Below are positions 45,001 through 57,016 of a stretch of DNA of 64,000 nt, piece by piece (within the stretch, counting starts at the first letter, position 1; every line of letters starts with the position of its first letter). This stretch comes from Proteromonas lacertae (Eukaryota): the NCBI GenBank assembly GCA_002245135.1, contig NGBS01000873.1:1-64000 (forward strand), written 5' to 3'. Below the pieces are notes generated by a model that did no database searches, had not been told where the DNA came from, and saw only the letters and a list, made by a program, of their open reading frames with translations. The translations under genes were made by a program, and so were the position numbers.

Positions 45001-48000
45001 AAGAATATCCAAATATGTTATACTTTTATAATGATAATTATTTTGGTAAAATATGTAATAAACAAGTATTTTTCACAATATTAATTCCAGATCAATATTT
45101 TAATCAAATAATCAATTATATTAAGAAAGATTCAAAGTGTTTTTATTTATTCTATTATTCTTATGATGTAATATCAAATGAATACTTCAAAATAATGTAC
45201 AAATTGTTGAAGAAATATCCAGAAGAATTAACAATAAAACCTGTTGATCTTAGTTCTTATGAAGAAGTAAATGCATATAGTATAGTAAGGGAAGTATATA
45301 CTGAAGAAGGATTTTCCATCTTATTTTTAAGAACAAAAGATGATATATCTCAGTTTACATTATCTTTAAAAGTCTTATTTAATAGTGAAATAATATCAAT
45401 TTCAATAGATACAAATAATAACTATGAAATTTTGAATAGTGGTTTGTATAATTATATGTATTATGTTTCATTCTATCGTTTTAATGATATAATTGATTCA
45501 ATGAAAATAACACAAGAGTATTATAAAACTAATGGTGAAGAATCTTACAGATTATATTATCCTTATTCATCACTAGAAATAATATTTCAAGCAATTAAAG
45601 AATTAAATGCGCAAGATATCCATAATAGAGAAAAGTTTTATGAAGTAATCTATACGAAAACATTTACATCATTCTCAAAAGATTTATCTTTCAATGCAAA
45701 TAATTATATTCGTAGAAAATTTGATTTAACAGAAAAGTTTAACACTATTATTGAATATAAAGTCTATATAGAACCAATCATAGAAGATAATTTACAATGT
45801 AACTTTTTTACTTCTAAACAAGATATTGTTGATGTATATCTGTTGATAGATTCAAATGACGTTGATATATCCTTAATAATGTTCAGTGAGTTATTATTCA
45901 ATTATCTAAGCAGATCTAATGATAGTAATGTAATATTTGTTCCTTATGTTAAAAGAATGAATGAATCGTCAGAATGTGTTAATCTTATAAATGAATTTTT
46001 ATCTGATTCTTCTTATGACTTGATGATATTTGTATCTCCAAAGATGTTATGTTCTGATTTTATTTACAATTCTTCATTAAAGAATGAAAAACCAATATTT
46101 GTCTTATCTGATAGAATAAACAATGAATGTTCTGAGAATGTATATGTAAATGGTTTATTTCCAGAAGTATATCTTAATGATCGATTTGAATATTATACTC
46201 GACAGTACAGTTTTAGTACCTATGGTAAAGGACTGTTCTTTATAGATCCAAAATATTCTGATTATTATAAAACTGTAGATGATTTATCAAATCATTATGA
46301 TGTAAATATAGTTTATAAGCAATATGATAGTGATTTAGATAAATTTAGTTTAAAATGGGAAAATATTGCAAATAATTCTGTTCATGGTGGTTTATATTAT
46401 ATTTTCTTTGAACAAAATGATGAAATAAAAGAACTATTCTTGGAAAAAGTGAAAAATATTGAAGATATTTATCAATCAACAATAATAGTTATATCTAGTT
46501 TTACTCATCCTCATTGTTCAAATGTATTTTTTAGTACAGTAAACAGTGTTCCAATAAAAAGAATAGAAAATAATGAATTGTCAAAGCTTTATTATTTGTT
46601 ATTAGATGATATACATAGCAAAGCTGTATTAGATCCAAGTGTAGAAGATTATAGTATATCTTCATTATTCTCAACCATGTTAATAATATGTAAAGCAATG
46701 AAAATATCAGATAGTTGTGATTATAACACATATAGATCATATTTATATGAAAGTATAGTAAATACAATAGAAGGTGAAGTAAAGATTAATAATAATAATC
46801 ACTTTGAAAAGAATATTGTTTTAATATATAAACCAAAAGATGAAGTAAAAATAATGAGAATAACTAATGATATATTTATTGGTAGAGATAGTTTAAAAAG
46901 ATGTGATGCAAGAAATTCAATTGGTATATTTGAATTGCTGCCTTTGAATATAGGAATATTCTTCCGAAAGAAATATAGTTTAACAATTTCATTAGTTTAC
47001 ACATTATTAGATAGACTTTATGTTCTTCAACAATCTTCCGAATTTTTGAAACAATATAATATCAACTTATATTTTGGAAGTTATGAAATTGACAAAGATT
47101 TTGGAGATGAATTAGTTCGTTTTTTGGATGATAATAATGATATTGGTTTATCAGTTATATTTATGACAATTCCATTCAATGCAAGCAGTGATAGTCTAGA
47201 TAGAATATCTGAAAAATCCAAAATAGCAATTTTCAATTTAGATTCTGCTATAGAAGTAGAATCAAAGTATATTTTAAATGGTGGTTCAGCTACTAGTGTA
47301 TATGGAAATAATCTATATAAATTCAGTCTTCCAATATCTGATTTTATATATATAATAATTGAAGAAGAAAGAGCAGAAACATTTGATTATATGTTAGGAT
47401 TATATAATGTTTCAGATATTGGTTATAAGTTTTTATATGTAAATGATATTTTGGAAAAAATAAAAAATGATATATTCTATATAAAGAATGAATTGTCAAA
47501 ATGTAGTATTTATTCCGATAATGGAAGTTGTGCAGTCCTTTATTTAGCAACATATAACAAAGAGACTTTTAACATACTATCCTACATTCAATTATTCACT
47601 TATAAAGACATATACTTTTTTATAATCGAATTAAATAGATATGATGAAAGTGATTTTATGGTGATAGATGGATGGAATTACATATCAACTTATACCAGAT
47701 CATTATCTGAACAAAATTACCCTTTTTTAAATTCTGAAGTAGAAGAATTCAATTCATATTTGTATGATAGTTATCCCGATTCAGCATCTTTCTATTCTAT
47801 AGCAGATTTAGAAATAATATATTCAATGATAAATTTATGGGTTCAAGTGGTTAATAACAGTCTATCAATAGATCCAGAAGTGATAATGAAATCGATACGA
47901 TATCATGAATATCAATCTCCATCTGGTTTATTATATGTTCAAAATAGTTGTTATGTGCAAAGAAGACTATATAAAGGAGTTGTTGATAAGAATCATAAGA

Positions 48001-48374
48001 AGGTTGATATTACAGATTATTCAACAATGTTATCTCCTATACCATTACAGACAGAGAAATTTCTCAATCCAATGCATGTTGGTTTAGTATTGGATTATTA
48101 CCCAATCTATAAGAAGTTATCAAAATTGTTGTTATTAGAGATGAATGTATTGATATTTGATAAAAATGCAAATGAAAACAAGTTTATAATTGAAATAGTG
48201 ATATTATATCACACTTCTGAAGATGAATCAAAAGTGAAGAAACTCCTATCAAATGATGAAGTTAATTTTATATTTGGATGTCCTTCAGTGTATTGTCATG
48301 ATTTGGTAGTTAGAAAAATGAATAATACAGGAGAACAATTATTCTTCAGTATAGCCAAAGTAGAAGAAAAGTAA
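39055..48374 (+). CDS. Giant secreted or receptor ectodomain of tandem type-1 periplasmic-binding (UrtA/AmiC-like) modules; stops inside module 9 with no TM segment
   Basis: Signal peptide MVLSLHIFLVIIISCVTVHS. ~330-370 aa units with (I/V)FGG/GC..S motifs, 'LYFYNDNYFGKICNKQVFFTILIPDQ'-type segments and 'SPSGLLYVQNSCYVQRRLY'-type ends. A few short introns in the 5' half, then a 1568-codon ORF. Confidence 0.8.
43811..48369 (+). repeat. Right arm of ~4.56 kb inverted repeat (partner 1405-5975)
   Basis: Direct sequence comparison with the reverse complement of 1405-5975. Confidence 0.95.
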
Positions 48375-48688
48375 CAAAAGTATATCCAGCATCTGGTTCG
48401 ACAAGTACTCCAAGTGGCTCAACAGGTACAGGAAGTACAGGTAAAACAGGTAATACAATTAGTTCAAAAAATACAAGCAATACAAAAGAAGAAAATAGAA
48501 TTGAAATGAAAGAAAAATCTATAACGAGCAAAATGAAAATAGCAGCAACACTACCAACAGATAAAGATAGACCTAATCAAATGTCTGAAGAAGATTTTAA
48601 AGATTTTAAAATAGCTTATGGTCTAACTAAAGATGATGATGAATTAATTGATGAAGAAGAGGATGAGGGAGAAAAAGTTAAATTTTAA
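48371..48688 (+). other. Orphan coding segment resembling a cytosolic receptor tail, out of frame with the preceding ORF
   Basis: Open frame VTKVYPASGSTSTPSGSTGTGSTGKTG...EEDEGEKVKF* begins immediately at the repeat boundary. Confidence 0.6.
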
Positions 48689-48866
48689 TATATTAATTTA
48701 ATAGATGGTCTTTAATACATTCATTTTAAATGAATATGTAATTTAATATCTTGTTGTTTTAGTATATAATTCATTCTTTAATTAATATTATTAGTGGTGA
48801 GAATATACTAAAATAACCTGAATATCCCTTAAAATAAAAAGAATTTATAATTACAGTTATAATATT

Positions 48867-50234
48867 TTAACTGGAAGATAGTACTTCTGTGTCATTCAAA
48901 AAATAGCTGAATAAATCTGACAGTGATAAAACACCTAACGGTCTACTGTGATCATCCACACAAATCAATCTAGGAACCTTAGATTCTGCAAATATCTGAA
49001 TAATTGTATTTAAAGTATCATATAAATGACAAGTTCTAACTCCATATCTAGTTTTAGACTAATATAATATAAATTAAATCTATACAGAATTTAAATATAT
49101 CAAAACATCTCTAATAGGCTTATTAAAACCTGTTATCCATTCATCCCAATTACCAAAACTATGGACAATATCTGGTCCTTCATAAACATCAATAATTACA
49201 CCATCTGTAGTTGATATTATAGGCATTCCTGTTAATTTATTCTCTGCTAATATTTTCACTACTTCTCCAATTGGAGTATCATCTCTCATTGTTACTAATT
49301 TCTCGAATGTTCCAATATTTAACGATTGTAGTGTAGTGTTGAAAAATACTTGAGGATCTTTGAAATTCTGATATAAATAGTGTAATATATCAGAATGAGT
49401 TAATATATTTAATACAGTATTCTAAAAATAAAACAATTATCATATATATATATATATACTTCATTTGGATCTATTAATGCAACTTTATGTACATTGTGTT
49501 CTTGAAATGTCTTACATATTTCATATAGACTCTGCTCAGGATAGCACGATATCAATGATATGTCTCGATAGCCTTGCTGTATTTGATAGTTTCGCCATTG
49601 TTGTATAGTCTCTTGTAAAATATTATTTGTATTATTATTTATATTATTATTTGAATTATTTTGATTATCTTGTATATTTTTTAATTGAACTGCTAATGCT
49701 TGAATTATATCGGTAAGTGTGACTAATCCTTCATTACTTGATGTTGTACAATTCCATAATGGACATGCAATTACGTCTATATGATATAAAAGTGATTATT
49801 TGAGGAATATACCGTGATACACAAAAGCTTCATAAGCTAGTGATAGAGGTATCTGTGAATCTAGTACTACCAACTCTCCCCTCTCTGGCATTACATCATA
49901 ACCTATATGTTGTTGAAATATTTTTCTAACCAGAAATTTTGCTAGATAATTGGATTAAAAAATAACAAATACCTTCACTTTCTATTGGTACTGCTTCACT
50001 CTATTTAAATACAATAAATGTGAAAAAAATACCTCACTGAACCTTAGAGTGTCAATTTCCAATGCGCTTACACTGCTTTCTCCTTCTCCCTAATAAATAG
50101 TATATTTTATTTGTATAAATACCCTTGTACTAGCAAATAGTGGATCATGTGGAGGGCTTGAAGGTGCAGAAGGTTGTGAATTTTCTATATTAATTTAAAT
50201 CACTATCATATATACGTTTTGTATCACCTTCCAT
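48867..50234 (-). CDS. AMP-activated protein kinase gamma subunit (SNF4-like CBS-domain protein)
   Basis: GYDVMPERGELVVLDSQIPLSLAYEAF; ACPLWN; SLYEIC...VHKVALID; ILTHSDIL; CHLYDTLNTII...VPRLICVD...GVLSLSDLFSYFL. Many short introns. Confidence 0.85.
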
Positions 50235-50411
50235 CCAAATAGTTATAAAAATATCAAAAATAAAATAACTTGATAATCAATAAAGCTTGATGTTCGATCA
50301 TTTAACTTGAATCTTTCAAATCTTTTTTTCTTTTGATTTGCGTTTATCTCACTAACAATATACAAAAATGAAGTAAAAAAAATTAATTTCATGAAACTTA
50401 TTAAAAAATAT

Positions 50412-52018
50412 TTAAAATCTTGGTAAAGCAGATGATTTAGATAGCTCTAAATCGAATTTGTGACCAAATAATTCTCTAATATTATCAATACCATATTTAA
50501 TCATAGTTGGCCTTTCTAAGGATAAACCACATGCAACAACTACAACATCTTCAGGTAATCCCATTGGTAATAATAATTCAGGTCTGAATATACCAGAATT
50601 ACCAATTTCAGTCCATTTCTTCAAATCAGGGTGATATCCAAATATTTCCATAGATGGTTCGGTATATGGGTTAAATGCAGGTTTAAATCTAATATTAGTA
50701 ATACCAATCTTAGCAAAGAATGAATAAATCATTCCAATCAAATTACCTAATGTCAAACCACGATCAGCAACAAATAATTCAATCTAAAGTGCAATAATAT
50801 AAAGTATATTTATATACTTGATGAAACTCAGCAAGATGAGTAGCATCTAAAGTTTCATTTCTAAATACTCTATCAATGCTGAAATATTTCACTGGTTTAA
50901 ATCCACCAGGACTGTTAGCTAATTCATATAACATCTTACCTGATATGCAGGTAGTGTGCGTTCTTAATACATTCTTCATTGTCTCTGATTTTTTCCATTC
51001 ATATCCATAACCAAAAGATCCATGGCCTCCAATGCTGTGCATTTGTTTCACCCTGTTCATATACTCCTCTGGAACAGTGTTGGCCATTTCAGGGTCTTTA
51101 ATAAAGAATGTATCTTGTAAATCTCTTGCTGGATGGCTCTGAGGGACGAATAATGCATCGAAATCCCAAAATGAACTTTCTACAAATCTATTGGTTGGCA
51201 TTTCAGCAAATCCCATTTCTAATAATATTTTTCTAAATTCTTCTCTTACTTTTAATAAGGGATGTAAATGACCTCCACCTACTTCTTTACCAAGTGCATT
51301 GAAGTTATATTCTTTGAATTTTGCGTCTTTCCAAGCTCCTGAATCTAACATCTCTTTAGTCAAATCTGCACATAATTTTTCTCTGTGTGGTGAATACTTT
51401 TCTCCTTTATTTATTGAAAAATAGGTTAATGAGGTAAAGCTAATCATTTGACGTCTTACTAGATTCTTTGCTTCAGCATTATCTTTTGGTAATGTTTCTA
51501 ATGATCCTTCACTATTCTTTATTTCTTGTAATCTATTCTTTAAGGAATCTTCTGGATTTGAAACAGTTTTTGTTATTAATTTAGTAGTTTTATCAGATTT
51601 AATCATCTTATTCTTCATACAATAACTGAATCCAACTTTATAAGTACTATCACCAACAGCTTCCTTCAATTTATCTGGTGTTATTCCATCATCTGGTATT
51701 GCATTGAATGTTCTTATTTCTATATAAATATATATAATTTTACTATAATTCATACCTGGGCTTCCTATCTTTAATACTTCTTCTGCTTCATCTGTCAAAG
51801 CCCAAAACTGTTTGCATAGTTTGGTTGAGACAATCATAAAATCTGTTTCTAAAGACTTCATACTACCAACCACAGCTTGATGATCACATTTTAATTCTTC
51901 AGCGATTTTTAATGTATTTTCAATGCTTCCATGCTTATCAATGGCCTATAATAATTGTAAAAATGCAAGAAAATACTTGCAAGAGATAGTCTTCTATTTG
52001 ATCTGGAGTATTTGTCAT
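50412..52018 (-). CDS. FARSA: Phenylalanyl-tRNA synthetase alpha subunit (cytosolic)
   Basis: [81 protein letters not shown]. Confidence 0.97.
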
Positions 52019-52072
52019 TTTTGTGGGTATTTTGAATTTTAATGAAAAAACGTTTTCCAAACCCCCATTTTT

Positions 52073-55000
52073 ATGAGTTTCAATCCAAAATACCTGTTAC
52101 CAGAAGATAAAAAGACTGAAGATGATGTCAAATGTGAAAACATAGTATTTAAAATCGATATGAGTTTTTAGATAAACGATTCAATAGAAAATAGAATGGA
52201 GTTTATTCAGAACTTAGCAGAACAGAATAAGACTGAACATCAAAATAGAATGAAGCTTCTGGAAGAACAATTGAGAAAAAATAAACAAAATTGTAATGAA
52301 AAGTATGAAGAAGTAGAAAAAAAGAATAATTTTTCTTTAAAAATAACAGAACTTGATAAATGTATTATTTAAAAACTATGTTTTCTAGTAATATTACCTT
52401 TTTATCACAAAGAACCAAAAGATTATATAAATCAATATAGAGAATCCAGATTTAATACAGATAAAATAGACCAAATAAAAGAAAAAAGAAAAATACAAAA
52501 GATATTATCATCTAGAAGAAAAAAATATACAGGATATTTAAATGAAGATAATCTTTCAGTATAAATAGAATCATTTCATATTATTGTTTTGATTTAGTTA
52601 TCTGTTCCAGATATTCGTAGTCATTACAGAATAATCAAAGATGAAGTATTGGCTAGAATAATAGAACCAGCATTAGAAAAGATATTATTGCCAAGAAAAA
52701 CGCAAGGTGAAATTGATGAAGAGAAAAGAGCAAGAGATGCATATGGAGATATTTTAGATACACAGATGAAAGAGTTTTATAGAGAACAATTAGCTATATT
52801 TATTGTAGATAGATTGATTAAAAAAGTATTAAATATTGTTAAATATTGTGATAAATAGACAACAGAGCTTCGTGTTGATACAATTCTAACAAAAATAAAA
52901 GCTGAATCAGATGATGCTTTTGAGAATGCTAGAAAATATATAATGGAAGGTGGAACGTGGAATTCTTGGAGAATTCAAGTAGATATATCACCTGATTTAC
53001 TATTGAAAACATATCAAGAGATAATGAAAGAAAGAAGAAGATATGATATAGCTACTTATCACACTGAACCAAATACTACAAGATTATTTCCATTTAATCA
53101 TACATTGGCTTTAGTAGAAAGAAAAAAAGCGGAAAAATATAATAAATCGTTAAATAAAATGTCTTATCAAGTGTTTTCTGATAGTTTTATTGTATTTTAT
53201 TATTTTATTTATATAATATAATAGGAAAGAGATGAAGCAGAAACAGCATTTCGTAATAAAGTAGAAAATGATTTAGGAATTAATTTAGATAAATTATTGA
53301 GAGTAAAATTGATAAATATAAATATAACTGATTTAGCTGCACATAGTTTAATTAATTTTAAGGAATATATGGAGCTTGAAAGATATTATATGACAAAATG
53401 GCAATATATCAAATCTCCTGAAAAACTAAAAGTATATTTATATATATAAACAATATATTTTTTAATAACAGTTACCAATCAATACAGGAGTAAGTTGTTT
53501 TGCTTTTTCTAATCACAATATGTTAGCTGCTGGTACATCTCATGGATCAATTTATATCTATGGAATTCAATATCATAATATTCATTTACTCTATGAAATA
53601 TCAGAAAAGACATTTTTCAGCAGATTCTTTGATACTCCTGTGATACATATGGCATGGTCTAATGATACAACATCACGATTATTAGTGACAAATAAGAAGT
53701 ATGTAACAAATTTATTTGCTTTAAATAAACCACAAGTTGATAATAAACAAAAAGTCAAAAATGTAAATAAGCATTCAGGATTGTTTCTATCCAATAATTC
53801 AAAGCCAATGATTCCAACATTATTAGTAACAATTGATTCAAAATCAGTTCAAAGAGGAGATGTATATATATTATTTTATTTATTAATAGATAACAATAGC
53901 TAGTCAACTTGGTATGATTGATTATGAAGAAGGAATGACATTGAGATATGGTATTTCACATGCAGTATTTCATCCATCTATTGATTTCTGGGGAATCCAG
54001 CATTCTGTTATGTTGGCACTGAATTCGGGGGTTATTTTAAAGTATAATTTATCTCCAAATAAATCTCCTCCTGAAATTATCAATAAACATATTCCACTAG
54101 TAGAACCTGAGAATCCAATTGATCCAGTAGTTGAAAAGATATTTAAGAAAGAAGATGAAGAAGAAGATAAAAGAAATGAAGAAGAAAAGAAAAGAGGAAT
54201 ATTTAATAGAATATTTGGAAGAGGAAAAAAGAATGAAAAAGATGAGGATAATGAAAAAGAGAAAAATGAAGATGAAAAGAAAAATGAAAAAGATAATGAC
54301 AAAAATAAGAATGATGATGAAATGAAAATAGAAGATGAAAAAGAAAAAGAAAAAAATGCACAGCCTAAGAAAGAAGATATGGAGAAAGAAAAGAATGATG
54401 AAATTAAAAAAGAAGAAGAAAAGAAAAATGAGGAAGATAAACAGAATGATGAGCAAAAGAAAGAAGATAAAAAAGAAGATGAACAACCAGAAAAGAATGA
54501 AGATAAACCAAAAATAGATATACAAAAAGGAGTAATACATAGAGAATATTTTCAAGGTCATTTAAGAAGAGTTATATTAATCGCATTTGTTGAGAATTTA
54601 TCTTCAAAAATGGTATCTGTAGATGAATCAGGTATAATATCAATGTGGACATATGATGAGTTTCATTTTTCAGGGTATAACTGGTTTGTCCCACACAATA
54701 AATACAAATTGAAATTAGAGTATAAAGTATATATTCCATATCCAAGATCGAGAATTGAAGTGTTAATAAAGAAGCCTGATATTATTACAAGTAAAAAAGA
54801 AAGTGAAGAGTTTATAAGGAAGAGTTTTGAAGTGTTTCATTCTTTACAAGAGAATCATAATTTAGTTGTTTTTAATGTAACAGAAGGTGATGATGAAATG
54901 TTTGAATATTCATGTATTGATGAAGTAACTGAGGAAATGAACAAAAATGATCCAACTCCAGTAATGGTGGATTTATATACAATTAAACTACATCATGGAA

Positions 55001-55698
55001 TATTAATGGAAGCAAGAAGAATGAAAGGCATTCCATGTACTACTAAAGGGAAATTTCTCAGTGCACAAGTTACACCATGTGGAAAATATTTAGTTTGTAT
55101 GTGTATGTTTTATAAAACTGAAGTTTATGACGATGTTCTTCGGTTTTTTGTATTTGATTTGATCAAGGAAGAATTATCCCCTTTTTCAGCTGAAGCAAAA
55201 GTAGATGGTAAGCTTCCTCCAAAGTTTACAGTTTCAACGATTAAAGATTCAACAGGTTCTGATTACATGTATATTATTTAATTCATATATATATATAATA
55301 GATTCTTATTAATTGATAATTCAGTAAGAGTTATCTCTTTAACATCAGGAATAATAGTGATTGGTGCAAATTATCCATTGAGAGAGAGTGAAAGAGTTGA
55401 ATTACCTACAATAGCTTGTCAATCAATACCAACAAGAATAGCAATTGGTTCACCTTACAGTAAAGAGTTTTATATTTATAACATAATTGATGAAAATGCA
55501 AAGAAAACTAGTGAATATTTCTTAGAATTCTTAAGACCAAGAGTGGATGAAGTTAGAGTTGAAAATAGAGAAAGATTTGAACATTATTCAGAAGAGAATG
55601 AGAATGATCATATTGTTGCTAGAAGAACTGTAATGAAAATACTAGATTTAGCATATAAAAATCGAAAAGAAAGAAGAAAAACAACAATAAAAAAATAA
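52073..55698 (+). CDS. WD40-repeat protein with coiled-coil N-terminus and K/E-rich insertion
   Basis: VSCFAFS...LAAGTSHGSIYIY; VIHMAWSND; FQGHLRRV...MVSVDESGIISMW. Multi-exon. A single-gene model is inferred. Confidence 0.65.
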
Positions 55699-55762
55699 AC
55701 AACAACAATAAATTAATTTTTCTGTTTTTAATTTATATCTCATTATTATATATGATATATTT

Positions 55763-56731
55763 TTATAATTCTTCTTCCAAACCTTCTGATTTGTTATTTC
55801 TTTCTTCTTCTTCTTTGAATGTAGAATTAATCATTTCATTATCTACTTCTACATTAACATCTTCATCAAATACTCCACAACTATCATTAATAAACTCAAC
55901 AATATCATCATAATCCATTTTATCTTTATTAAATTCCATCACTTTATTGTCTTTATCGAATATAATTATTTTGGGATATGTTTTAATCTTCAATTCTTCT
56001 TCAATACTGCTATAATGAGATGTATCAATTGAAGCAATAATTACATCATTATTCTCATGATAATGTTCACCTATTCTATTCCAAGTAGGTATATAATCAT
56101 GACACTTTTCTCTCCATTTCTGACAAAAGAGTATAGGAGTATGAAAGTGAGAAGATTTTGTCAGTGAATGGAATAATTGTGGTTCTAATTTCATAACTGA
56201 AGGAATATATTCTTTAAAATTAAATGGTTCTATATTAATTAGATTTACAATAACTTATACCATAGCATTGATGAATGAATATATAAACTTCATAAGATGT
56301 GAGGGAACCTGTATATATTTTGTAAGAGGTTGAATTGAAACTATACCACACAAGACTAGGTAAATTTGATTCAAAATAAAATGACTCGCATTGTATTGTA
56401 TCACAATCAATTGATAATACAGTAATATTAGAATAACTATGAAACTAATAAAAGCATTTATACTTATCTAGATTATATGATATTTGCGTATATAGCACAT
56501 CAAAATCATCTGCTTGTTTTGAACCCTAACATATCAAATAAATTATACGGGTAAAACAAAAAATGAGAGTATATTGGTTGTATTTCGATAAATGAAAAAG
56601 TCATTTGTATCTATTAGATCCTCACAATATCCAGAAGGTATGAAAATTATCAAAAACAAAATGGTTAAATACATAAAACAAAAAACAAAAAAAGTGTAAC
56701 GACTCTTTTTGCATTTTCTATAATTTCTCAT
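55763..56731 (-). CDS. Thioredoxin-fold PDI-like protein with non-canonical active site
   Basis: N-terminal hydrophobic signal; FCQKWREKCHDYIPTWNRIG...VIIASID...IKTYPKIIIF; C-terminal EEEL. Confidence 0.75.
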
Positions 56732-57016
56732 TTAAAGCCATAAGTTGAATATTTATTTCATTAAAAAATCATTTATAAATAAAATTAAACTGAAAGAGTC
56801 ATAAATATTTAAAATCTGTTGGCGGGAATTTTGTTTGCAGCTGCTCTGTATTTCTATGAGCATTTCATTTTTAATCTAAAAATTAAAGCGCACATGAAAG
56901 GCTATATGCAAAGTTAAGAAGAATAAAATGAAGTCGTTTCAGTGAGGCTAAATAGATTATATTATATCTATATACTTGCGCCTATCTAAACTCAATTTTT
57001 AAAAATTATTTCGTTT

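Noticed and set aside
53970..54561. Antisense and alternate-frame ORFs rich in F/S/I or K/M (also 9483-10612, 31632-31841)
   Set aside because: They are shadows of low-complexity coding sequence in the real gene.
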